From the NCBI RefSeq assembly GCF_038025025.1, contig NW_027117338.1, positions 2,356,001 to 2,420,000 on the forward strand: a DNA stretch of 64,000 nt, written 5' to 3'. The notes under the pieces are model-generated. The model ran no database searches and was not told where the DNA came from. It worked only from the letters and a program-made list of their open reading frames with translations. The first letter of the stretch is position 1, and each line of letters starts with the position of its first letter. Made by a program: the position numbers and the translations under genes. Shown one piece after another: positions 27,064 to 37,052 of this stretch. The DNA is from Phyllosticta citribraziliensis. Lineage: Eukaryota.

Positions 27064-27874
27064 ATGAAACACGACAAGTCGCCGCAAAGTTTGCACAGTA
27101 TGGCACTCTTCGCTCAAAGGGAAGCTGTGAGTTGATACGCCAAGACGTGGGCGCGCACCATGCTAACTAACCTTCTCGCAGCCAGCGATCACTAGTATCC
27201 CAGTGATTCTCTGCGGTGGTCTTCTTATTGAATTACGCGGTGCACTTCGACGAAGAGGCCGTCATGACGAGGCCGAACTCTTCCGTAAAAGAACTGTTTT
27301 AGAGGGCACCGCCTATGTATGCCCTCTCCACAAGCGCAAAGGCCTCTGTTACGAAATGTATACCGCCTCTGTCTGTTTTCAAAGGGTTCAAACACTTTGG
27401 GTTTCGTTGATCATGGAGGACAGCCGCTTACGCGCGGAGGGGCCTTTGATCAAAGCAGTCAATATTGACCATCTTCCCGGGACCTTCGAGCCCTCCACAT
27501 ACGGCATCGATCCAAGAGCCGTGGATAAACATCCCAAATACCGTCCATTCTTGATGAGACCCCCCATGATCCTTGCTGAGAACATGAGATTTCGGTCACT
27601 TCCAGACCCGACCCTTTTGGCCAAGCGCCCTGCCGACTCACCCGCGGAGTCAACAACTTCGAGGAAGATGATAACCACCAAGGTTACCTCGTGGCTCGAT
27701 GGAGACGGTACCAAGACACCAAGTGCGGTCATCAAACAGGAGGATACCCGCGATGAGGAGATCACAGAAACATCCGATTACGCCACTTGGCAAGATACTG
27801 AGCAGGGACGGGACTTCGACGTCAGCTTTGAGGCTTTCGAGAGCATCAAAAGTTTCCTTCAGGCACGGAATTGA
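27064..27874 (+). CDS. Orphan protein A (paralogue of 28323-29051)
   Basis: Short first exon MKHDKSPQ...QREA, intron GTGAGT...CTAAC...CAG ending 27181, then a long open exon; colinear similarity to the neighbouring ORF. Confidence 0.6.
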
Positions 27875-28322
27875 TGTCTGGAAGGCGCACATGGCAGAAG
27901 TGAGGGACACAAAGCGACATTCTCTCGTGTTCTTCTTTACATAATCTAACATTGCGCAAATATACTCAGAGTTACAATGGCAGTATTCCAGCCCCTCTCA
28001 AAAGGGGAGGATCGATTGAGCACAAACATAAAACGCACGGGACCATTGCGACGTGGCACTGTCATCGAAGCCGACATATCATGTCGACCTGTCCCGGCGC
28101 TACAATCACATGGGACGGGTGGACTCAAGTCACAACGAACAATGTGTGTGCATTCAACTCTTCTATTTTCGGCGTCAAGCATTGTTGATGATATAGAGCG
28201 AAAACAAGCGTTTCTTGTGGAAGAGTATACGAAATAAAAACAAGCCTGTGAAGGAACAATTTCAGTCGGAACTGAGTACAGAAGAGAGATATCCAAAACC
28301 CCCAGTAGACAAAGACGTGCAA

Positions 28323-29051
28323 TCAATTCAAGTCCACTCCCATATTCTTCGCCACGAAGTCTCTGACGAGGGCAAATGTGCTGTACTCGATGGTGTTGCC
28401 CTGTCTGCAACACTCGACATAGTCCTCGACAGTCTTCATCACGTCGTCCTTGGTCGCCGAGGTGAAGTGGACAACTTGTGTTCCGTCAGCAGTTTTGATG
28501 GTTGCTGAGTAGGAGACATCGACTGTGGGTGCTGCTGGGGTCTCCTCGCACTTGATGACGGGTTCGTCGGATTGCGGTTCAGGTGGCAACGTGGGATAAA
28601 GAGCATATGTTGGGCAGCCGGGGTGAAGGATTGGGTTATCCTGTATTTCGTCGAGGAACATCGGCCGGTCGAGAGGGCGGACCGGCGAAGGACTGGGAAT
28701 GGCCCTAGTCGCAGCTACGGCATGTGCCTCAGGGTTGTAGGCCTCCTCGTCGGTGATGTGGAAGGGCATCGACCGGTCGCCGTTCCTGAAGGCGCGGAGG
28801 ACCAGATTGCCGCAGTCTGGGATGCAGGGAAAGGCGATGATTGCTGTTTTCCAGTACTTCTGAATCCGGTGGAAAGTGGTTGACGCGTTGTTGACGATCA
28901 TTGGCAGTCCTAATTCGTGGATTTGGCTATCAAGCCAATCCGCTGCGATGTGATATCCCATATGCCTGAGGGTCCCCGAGACGCGCTTGACGACTTTGTC
29001 GTTTAGCTCGAAATCGGCATGGGTGAAGTCGCTGGGTTTCGAGTTCGTCAT
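28323..29051 (-). CDS. Orphan protein B (paralogue of 27064-27874)
   Basis: 242-aa ATG-initiated ORF; probable leader intron 29055-29103; similarity to protein A. Confidence 0.7.
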   Translation of the reverse strand: MTNSKPSDFTHADFELNDKVVKRVSGTLRHMGYHIAADWLDSQIHELGLPMIVNNASTTFHRIQKYWKTAIIAFPCIPDCGNLVLRAFRNGDRSMPFHITDEEAYNPEAHAVAATRAIPSPSPVRPLDRPMFLDEIQDNPILHPGCPTYALYPTLPPEPQSDEPVIKCEETPAAPTVDVSYSATIKTADGTQVVHFTSATKDDVMKTVEDYVECCRQGNTIEYSTFALVRDFVAKNMGVDLN

Positions 29052-29420
29052 TTTCTACGCAGCAGTGAGCACGTATCCTTTTCACTGTGAGTCCAGTTCA
29101 TACAAAGTCTTGATAGGGAAGATGTTCGCGCGTATGGTTGAAGAGAAAACGTCGGTTCGAAGTCTAGCTTAGCAAGACTTTGCAGATAGATGGGACGAGA
29201 TGGTTGTACTCGGAAAGCGAAAGGAATTGACCGGGGTGTGGGCAGTCGCCATTTTATGTCCACAGTTTGTGCACGAATTGTTGAGATTCCAAGTCGTAAG
29301 GTTGGAATCACCTTACCACAAACCAAACTTCAAGGCAACTCCTTTGTTCCGAGGCTTCGCCACAATTCGCAGTTCGACCAAAGTCTGAGCCTCGTTTCCA
29401 GGACCTCAACGTATAGATGT

Positions 29421-30282
29421 ATGGACTCCTTCCTGTCTTTTCTTCATCCGAGCCAGGTACGCATCTCTATCTCTGAACCCCTGCCCAAAAGTTCAGGGGT
29501 CACGATGACATTATTGGAGCGCACATATGCATCTAATCCGGAAGCCAGGGGGTGGCTCCAAATTTACGTGCCGAAAGCCATTAAACCTTGGCCAACGGGT
29601 CGAACGCGACTTCCATGGTTGCCTGACGCGTTCCAAGCAGAGGGCATTTGCTCAGGGTCCTGGACGTGCGTTCCAAACTCACAACCCCGCAGCGCAAAGA
29701 GAGCGAGGCTTGGGAGCACACACTTTGGCGCACCGGAGACGGGGAACCGGAAAGCGAGAGATACCTTTCACGGCCGAAGCACTGACAGAAAGCAATAGAG
29801 CTTCTTACCGGGATGAAGTAGGCCGCATTTCAGTTTGTGTGCCAATTTTTCCCATTGGACGACTCCTGAGGAAACGCCGGAGTGTGAGATGCTCTTCATC
29901 CGGACTACTCACTTTTCCGTCATCTCAGGTGGCGAACGCCTTCGGGAGATTCCCATGCATTCGAAAAGGATGGTCCTGGAGCAGGTCAACATGCCCAGCG
30001 AAGGCGTGCCACTCATTATGTGGCAAAGTTCCCGAAAGTCGAGTAACGTTTTTTGACGAAAAATGTCCTCACTGCTTTCTGTGTGAACAGTATCTTGATG
30101 ACCTCCATCTCGACCAGATTAAGCATCTTGATGGGCTGATACACCACCCACAAAACTCCGTGTTGAGCTCAGTTTTTGGTCTCTTTGGTAGCCTGGCATC
30201 TCCGGAACTGTCGTTGCTGAAATACCCGAGCGGTTCTGGAAGCTTACGGCGCCAGCGCTTCTGTCTTTCGACCAACTCGTAA
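29421..30282 (+). CDS. Possible multi-exon orphan gene
   Basis: ATG 29421 plus three phase-compatible GT..CTRAC/CTCAC..AG introns give a continuous frame (...GSWT|ASYRDE|VANAFG...PESR|YLDDLH...); no recognisable domain. Confidence 0.3.
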
Positions 30283-30608
30283 GGCGTTAACATATCGTTC
30301 CACGCCCAAAGCAAAGAATTCAGGGCCGTTTGAACTTCTTTGTCCTACGATCCGTCAAGCAGAAGAACTTTCAAGCCGGACGCGTCCTGTCATTGAAAAA
30401 TCAAGGGTTAGCAATCAGTACAACTACTTCGAGCAACAGCCAAGAAAACACCTCCCTTCACGCTTTCGATGCACTGAACCTACTGGCGACAGGTTGTTCT
30501 GGGCAATGCTGAAGCCGGGTTCACTTTCAGCGCGTGGTTCTGGCGCACTTACCTCCTCCATCTGTGTGGGCTGCGGCAGATTCCTTCACGTTCGGCGTGT
30601 GATCTGGG

Positions 30609-30616
30609 TATAAAAG
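30609..30616 (+). promoter_or_regulatory. TATA box (TATAAAAG) of orphan gene C
   Basis: Canonical TATA about 180 bp upstream of ATG 30791, followed by a probable 5'-UTR intron 30707-30767 (GTAAGA...GCTAAC...CAG). Confidence 0.5.
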
Positions 30617-30790
30617 CAGACTCAACTCCAGCTGCCTCATCCGAGAGTCAAGAGCTTTCCAGATCTCACCCGCACAAGCCTCTATAGGTGAAAGAGCTCA
30701 TCCCATGTAAGACGTCGAAATTGGTGGTCCCGTTTCGAGCGAAAGAATGCGCTAACCTCTGTTCCAGCACTCTCCAGCGAAACCAGCGTC

Positions 30791-31816
30791 ATGGAATATC
30801 CCAGATTTGGTCCGAGAGCCCGCATGGCAGCAGCACGAGGCTATCCAATTCCAACGCCCAATCTGCAATATGTGGACTACGCGTTCAACGTCTTTGGGTA
30901 CGCCATGAAGATTCCCGATGGCGTGGAAAAACGTGGCTCCAGCATAAACGCATACGAGTTCGACGGCTGCAACTGGAAGGAAAAGTTGGCTGAGGCGAGG
31001 GCGCAGGGCCAAGACGTATACCGCAAGACGTTTGACTTCACCCCGCGCGAGCTTTCGGACGAAGTCGATGCACGCGTCGAGAAGTATTTTGTTGTTGGCC
31101 TCACCTATTCCAAGATCCCTCGCCACGTCTTGAAGCTGCACCCAGCGCAAAAGCCACGGCACCCCGTTGGTAACGTACTCCACGATGAGGCTATAATCGG
31201 TGCATCCGATTCGCAGATCCCAACGTTGGTGGTGGCTCCGGAGGTCAGGAAGTCCGGCGGCCCTAGCACTCTCTTTGGCCTGCTTTGTCCGCGCGAAGGA
31301 CTTTGCCAACCGATCCCAATCCAGAGACGCAGCGTGTTCTACTTGATCCACTATCGCGATGACGCTACCACCTTCAAAAAGCGAGAGCTGGCTTGGAACA
31401 AGCTTATTCAGAGGTACCAGACTCTCCGCCGGCCCAAGAAGGCCAAGCTGCAGCCGGCCCCAGAAAAAGCGGCCGAGGAGCCGCAACCTGTGCCTCCGGT
31501 GCAGAAGGACGTCATGCATTCGTTCATTGACAACAATGAAGGCGGTTGGGAGGACGGTGACTCGGGGTCCTTTGCACGCGAGTTCCACCAGAAGTGGCCA
31601 GAAGCACCAACCTTCAGCAACGAGGACATCTCTCTGGTAAAGCGTCAACTCGTCGACCAAGAGATCATCATCGAGCCTCGTCTGCTCCGCCCGTTCGTCA
31701 TCCAAGTGATGACATGGCTTCGAGATTTGAGGTCATATGGTGTAGACGTCGGGCGGGTCGCGCAACAAGCCATCGATCAAATCCGCGTGCTCTTCGGCGC
31801 TGGCACCAATGAATGA
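30791..31816 (+). CDS. Orphan protein C, 341 aa
   Basis: Long ATG ORF with TATA box and leader intron; basic stretch RRPKKAK may be an NLS; no family recognised. Confidence 0.7.
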   Translation: MEYPRFGPRARMAAARGYPIPTPNLQYVDYAFNVFGYAMKIPDGVEKRGSSINAYEFDGCNWKEKLAEARAQGQDVYRKTFDFTPRELSDEVDARVEKYFVVGLTYSKIPRHVLKLHPAQKPRHPVGNVLHDEAIIGASDSQIPTLVVAPEVRKSGGPSTLFGLLCPREGLCQPIPIQRRSVFYLIHYRDDATTFKKRELAWNKLIQRYQTLRRPKKAKLQPAPEKAAEEPQPVPPVQKDVMHSFIDNNEGGWEDGDSGSFAREFHQKWPEAPTFSNEDISLVKRQLVDQEIIIEPRLLRPFVIQVMTWLRDLRSYGVDVGRVAQQAIDQIRVLFGAGTNE

Positions 31817-32359
31817 GTGGTACCGGTTTCAGGCGCTGAGAAATAGTTTGCGTGGACAGCAAGACTTGGAGGGCGCAATGAAGCCGCCAGGGGCCAGACA
31901 GACAAAATTGGGGCGTGAATCGGTTGAGCGGATTGCACCATGAGCCAGAGCAGGCGTGGAACGATGAGAGTTTGGTGACTTTTCGGTTTGGAACATTTGA
32001 GCAGATGGCAAACACGGCGTTGAGGCGTGAATCAGCCGAGCGGGTTGTCCCACCAGCGAAGTGGAGGATTGAGAGCTTGGTGGATCTGGACTTGAATCGA
32101 CTGAGCAGATTGCTCCACGGGCATGCGGAGGTGAAATGGGGGACGAAAACTTTGATTTTGGGCTCGAATCGGTTAAGCGGTTTGCTTTCGTGGGCCGCAA
32201 AAGCATTGATGTCGAGCGGGTTGCTTTCTGGTGGCGAAAACAGCGTTCGGGGACGAAAACCAGGTAGTTTGACTCAAATCAGCTCAGCTGATTCATATGG
32301 AGAGGGAGACTTTATGAGTGATACCGTAGCTAGTATGGCAGGAAAAGCGTAGGACTGAT

Positions 32360-32411
32360 AAGGAGCATTCAAACCCCGTGACAGGCGAGATGAAGGAGCA
32401 TTCAAGCCCCG
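32360..32411. repeat. Direct repeat AAGGAGCATTCAARCCCCG x2, 33-bp spacing
   Basis: Copies at 32360-32378 and 32393-32411, 18 of 19 nt identical. Confidence 0.85.
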
Positions 32412-32648
32412 ACTCGCAGAGATCGTTTGCGTGGTCCTTTCCGTGTGTCGATGGGCGGGCCTTTGTTTGGTCACCAGCAGTCTCGTGGATGTTTGAAAGG
32501 AACGAGATGGGAGTGCGTGTGAATCAATTCAGAGTGCTGCGTACGTTGAGATGCAATGGCTTTTTGCATCTGCGAAGGACCAACCTGTACGCCATGCAAT
32601 GCCATGCCATAGACCGGGCTCCTAGCTTCTCCTCTGCCTCGATGGCGT

Positions 32649-33644
32649 CTACAGCCCTGCCTCTATGTTTTCCAGGACCTTACCCACAATGTCCTCGAAC
32701 AGCGGAAACAGCGAGCACGCCGTATACTTTTCGACCAAGGTCCCAGGATCCCTTCTAACATCCTGCTCGTCCTGCGCCTCGGCGCTGACATCTCTTCCCT
32801 CCACCACCGTACCCTTTGGATAAACAGGACGCCTGCCCTCCTCAATGAGGCACACAAACGCCGGATCGATGGGGACGCTGCCCAGAAACGGGACGGCAAA
32901 CTCGGCCGCCATGACCTGGCCGCCGCCCTTGCTGAAGACGTGGGTGCACTCGCTGCAGTTGGGGCAGACGAAGCCAGCCATGTTCTCGACGACGCCGAGG
33001 ACGCGCACGCCCGTCTTTGCACAGAAGTTGAGCTCCTTCTTGACGTCGGACACGGCGACGGCCTGCGGCGTGGTGACGACGACGGCGCCGCGCAGCCGCG
33101 CGGCCGTCACGGCGTCCTTGAGCAGCGTCTCCAGCAGCGAGATGTGCTCGTCCGACGTGCCCGGCGGCGTGTCGATGAGCAGGTAGTCGAGACCTGGCGG
33201 CCACAGCACCGACGACAGGAATTGCCGCACCATGGCCGTCTTTTTGGGCCCGCGCCAGATGACGGCGTCGGTGCGCTGCGCGAGGATGAAGCCCAGCGAC
33301 ATGCAGCCCAGCGCGCCGACTGGTCGCTGCGGTTGCTGCTCTCCTTCTCCTTCTTCTTCTTCTTTGCCTTCGCCATTTGCCGTCGTTGTGTTCCCGGTCG
33401 CCGAAAGCGTGTGTGCTGGGTGGACAGATACCGGCACCATGCCGCCCGGCGCCTGCGTCACCTTTGCATTCTCGATGCCAAAGAAGCGCGGGATGGACGG
33501 GCCAGTGAGGTCGATGTCGAGGACGCCGACGCTGTGTCCGCGCAGCGAAAGCGTCAGCGCCAGCTGGGTCGTGATGCTGGATTTGCCGACGCCGCCTTTG
33601 CCCGACAGCACGAGCACGATGTTTTGGACGTTTTCGAGGCCCAT
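32649..33644 (-). CDS. CFD1: Cytosolic Fe-S cluster assembly P-loop NTPase Cfd1 (NUBP2)
   Basis: [54 protein letters not shown]; lacks the Nbp35 N-terminal Cys motif. Confidence 0.93.
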   Translation of the reverse strand: MGLENVQNIVLVLSGKGGVGKSSITTQLALTLSLRGHSVGVLDIDLTGPSIPRFFGIENAKVTQAPGGMVPVSVHPAHTLSATGNTTTANGEGKEEEEGEGEQQPQRPVGALGCMSLGFILAQRTDAVIWRGPKKTAMVRQFLSSVLWPPGLDYLLIDTPPGTSDEHISLLETLLKDAVTAARLRGAVVVTTPQAVAVSDVKKELNFCAKTGVRVLGVVENMAGFVCPNCSECTHVFSKGGGQVMAAEFAVPFLGSVPIDPAFVCLIEEGRRPVYPKGTVVEGRDVSAEAQDEQDVRRDPGTLVEKYTACSLFPLFEDIVGKVLENIEAGL

Positions 33645-34049
33645 TCTGGGCGGTTGGTGCTTTCCAGGAGCAGGTGTAGGTGGGCGTTCAGTCGGGAGTC
33701 GGGGAGAGAGGGGTCGAGCTGCTGGAACGGCTGGCGCGGTGGTGGATTGGTGGATGTGGCTGCATAGCTCGTTGCGCGCGGTGGTGATGGCAATGACTGA
33801 TGGCGGGCGGGTGTTGATTTCAAATGCGCGCGGACGCCCGACGTCAAGCGGCGGGCAGGGAGCGCGCCAAGACTCCGCTCCGCCCTGTCGTTGCCCCTCC
33901 GCCGTCACATTCTTTCATCACTCACAAGAGTCAAGAGACATGGTTTACAAGTTATTTACATGTTTCTATCAGTCTATACAGTGCCCATCCGTCTCATCAA
34001 CTCCATACAAAGCCACTTAAACAAAGCAGATACATCAATCATTTCTCAA

Positions 34050-37000
34050 CTACCTCAACCCCCAAACGCTGTCGCTAACGGGGGCCAAGTATCCACGCAC
34101 CGACCGAACAGACATTTGCCTTTTCAAAAGGGTCGGCGAGAGTCTCAGCCACGACGGACGGTTCTCGAGCCTGCCGCCAGGAGGCACGAAGCCGGCGGCA
34201 AGGCCAGTCGCCGGGTCCCTCCTGATGCCTCCCGCACGCAGCTTGCCGCTCCTCTCCTTGGGCAGCTTGGCGAGGTCCTTGAAGACGGCCTGCCAGTTGC
34301 CCAAGTATGGGTGGCCGCGGACGCCCTGGGCGCCCTTTTGCATGAGGCCGTGGCCGAGCGTGACGCAGGTGACGCCGCCGACCTCGATGGCGTGGGCGTG
34401 CGGCGCGCCATGCTGGGCGAGCAGCACAGAATATATGTTGGTCGACTGCATCGCGACGGAGTCGGCCACGGTCATCGGGAACACCCAGCTGTGCTCGTGG
34501 TAGATGGGGTGGTACGGCGTGATCCAGAGGTCTCCGATCTGACACATTGTCACGTCGCGCGCGCGCGTCTTGACTACCGCGACGACCTTGCGCGGCCCCA
34601 CTGGTGTCCAGACGGCCATTCCTGGGCGCAGTTTGCGGACGGGAATGGTGGTGCCATTGGCAATTTGGACGCGGCAGGAGCCCGCGAAGCAGGGGTTGTC
34701 AACGCGGTTGAAGTCGGCCATGGGGGTTTGGGCGGTGGTTTTGTCCGCGGCCGACATGAGTGAGTCTGAGCGCGTGCGTCCGAGATTGGGACGAGAGGGC
34801 TTGGGCCCGGGAAGGCTGTTGAAGCAAGAGTTGAGTTCTTCCAGGTACTTGCGGAACATAGGGCTGTTTTTCCCGTATCTACCGTCCTTGAAAGAAGTGC
34901 TGATTTGGTTTCTGTGAGCGTGCAGCAGCGAAGGCACTGAAGATGGGATTAGCATGAGACATGACGGCGAGATGGAAAAGACCTACGGTAGTGCACACCC
35001 CAGGTCCTAAAGTTGAGGTCTCCAGCCAGTGCAGTTCGGATCTGCCCCTTGGGATCTTCGCCATCCAAGTCTTCGAGCAAGCCATCGTCAAGCTTGTCGT
35101 CAGGTTGGCCGTCTTTCAGGATCTTGACAAGCTGCTTCAGCTCGGCTTGGGCATTCTGGAGCGCTTCATGCTGCGCCGCAAATCCAGTGTCTTTAGGGGC
35201 AGACAACGAGGATAGGAACTCGCAGACCTTGGCACGAGAGACGTGGTAGTTGACAAGGTCAGACTCGAGAGATGAAACCTCGGACACCTGCGTCTTTGCG
35301 CTGGCAACGTGGCAGACATCGCCAGGAGCAGTGTAAACGAGCGTAGCAGATACCCCGGCATCATCAGTGACAGTGCCAGACTCGTATTCGAAAAAGACGT
35401 CACGAGATTGGCCAAACTGAACGTTGTTGAGAGAGAGAACAAGTTCGTTGTCGGACTTGTGAGAAACAATGGCGCCCTTGGGAATCTTCAGCTCGAGGCC
35501 GCCAGTGGTTCGCAGGGTCAGCTTGGCGCCAGTAGCAAAGGTGGAGTAGAAGTTTGCCACGGCGTGGACGAGCACCGTGCCTGCGGGAGTCAGCATCGTG
35601 TTTCTCAGCCCCAGGGGACTGGTGACTTACCCAGCATGCCTGCGTCGGAAATGAATGCATAGTTCCCACCGCCGACCTCTGCAATCGACTGCAGAACGTC
35701 GGACCTAATCTTGTACCCGAATCCAAAAGTGTGGATGGACCTGGGGGCCTTGAGCTGGGCATGGGTTCTCTTGAGCATTGGCTTGAGCTTGGAGATGTAG
35801 TCAGTCTCCGGCTGGCCACGCTGCTTGGGCTCGCCGTCACTCATGAGGTAGAGAGCGGCCGCATTTCCAGAAGCAGAGGCACGGTCGAAGAGCGTGTAAG
35901 CAGTGCGAAGGCCCGCCCAAAGGTTTGTCTGCCCAGAAGGCTCGAGCTCTTCGAGCTTGGAAAGAATAGATTCCTTGTTCGCCTCATCCATAGGCGCAAG
36001 GGGCTGCAGGACCTTTCCAAACATCAGCTATGGCTCGGGTTGTCGAAAAGGGGACTCACATGAGCTTCGTTGCCAAAAGCGACGAGACCCAGCCTGTCAT
36101 CCTCGTCCATGGTCTCGATAATTGAGCGGATGGCGTGCTTTACAAGATCCAAAATGCTAAGGCCAGTATCCTGAGATGAGTCAGGTAGACGGGCGGCGAC
36201 GGCCATGCTCTGGGAGACATCGATGGCGAGCACGAGGTCGACAGCGTGACGGTTCAAGTTCAAGGGCTTCTCTGGAGGCTGGACTGAGACGATCATGCCG
36301 GTCTGCGTCTGGAGAGGGTGGAGCTCGACCTTGGCCTTTGCGTCGCTCTCTGCAAGACATTCTGCGAGGGACTGCGACGCCCAAGTCTGGGCCCTGCTCA
36401 AGGTGGGCCTCTTGGAGCTGAAGGAGCTTCTGGGAGAGAAGGGGTTGGGCTTGAAGTCTTCATCTATCAGATCGTCCACTCCGCTTTCCGGCTCAAAAAG
36501 GCTCTTCTGGTCGAAGAAGCCAAAAGTAGGGCTTGAAGGACTCATTGGAAGAGGGCTCATTGCTCCAGGTGACATGATGCCGGGGCTCATCGTGCCGGGA
36601 CTCATGGGCGGCGAACAAGGAAGAGTAAAGGATCGCTGAATCCCTCTCGGTGATTTGGGTTCCCGTTGGAAAATGTTGGTCCTTTGGGAAGAAGCGTCAA
36701 TGGAGTTGACTTGCTTGTCGGCGGTGACTCCAGGGTTGTTTTTGCCAAAGCGCTCTTCAAAGTTTTTGACCTCCTGTCCTTCGTTGATCGTGGTCATGTT
36801 CCTCTGCGCCGATTCCATGACATCTCCCTCATCATACACAGTCGTAACGCGGGTGTTCTGAACCAATTCTCCTGGGCTGAGGCCTTCGTGCGCATTGGAG
36901 GTAGTGAGCGTCCTGGTCCACTTGAGTGGTCTGTCCTCGGTAAGATTCTCAATCGTTTCCTCGAGGTATTCGGCCTGTCTCGGCTCTTCGTAAACAGTCG

Positions 37001-37052
37001 TGATTGTCGTTGCTTGGTTCATGTTGCCGTTGATGTTCGTGTCGTTGATCAT
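34050..37052 (-). CDS. von Willebrand A + Vwaint + Vint (Hint) domain protein
   Basis: MIDAS DVSQSM; GQTNLWAGL; SDGEP; IHTFGFGY; WGVHYLPSLLHAH (Vwaint); CFAG...ITPYHP...VTLGHG...HPYLG (Vint Hint domain); three introns. Confidence 0.88.

Noticed and set aside
32360..32411. CRISPR-like repeat-spacer pattern
   Set aside because: Only two 19-bp copies with a 14-bp gap, eukaryotic context, no cas genes
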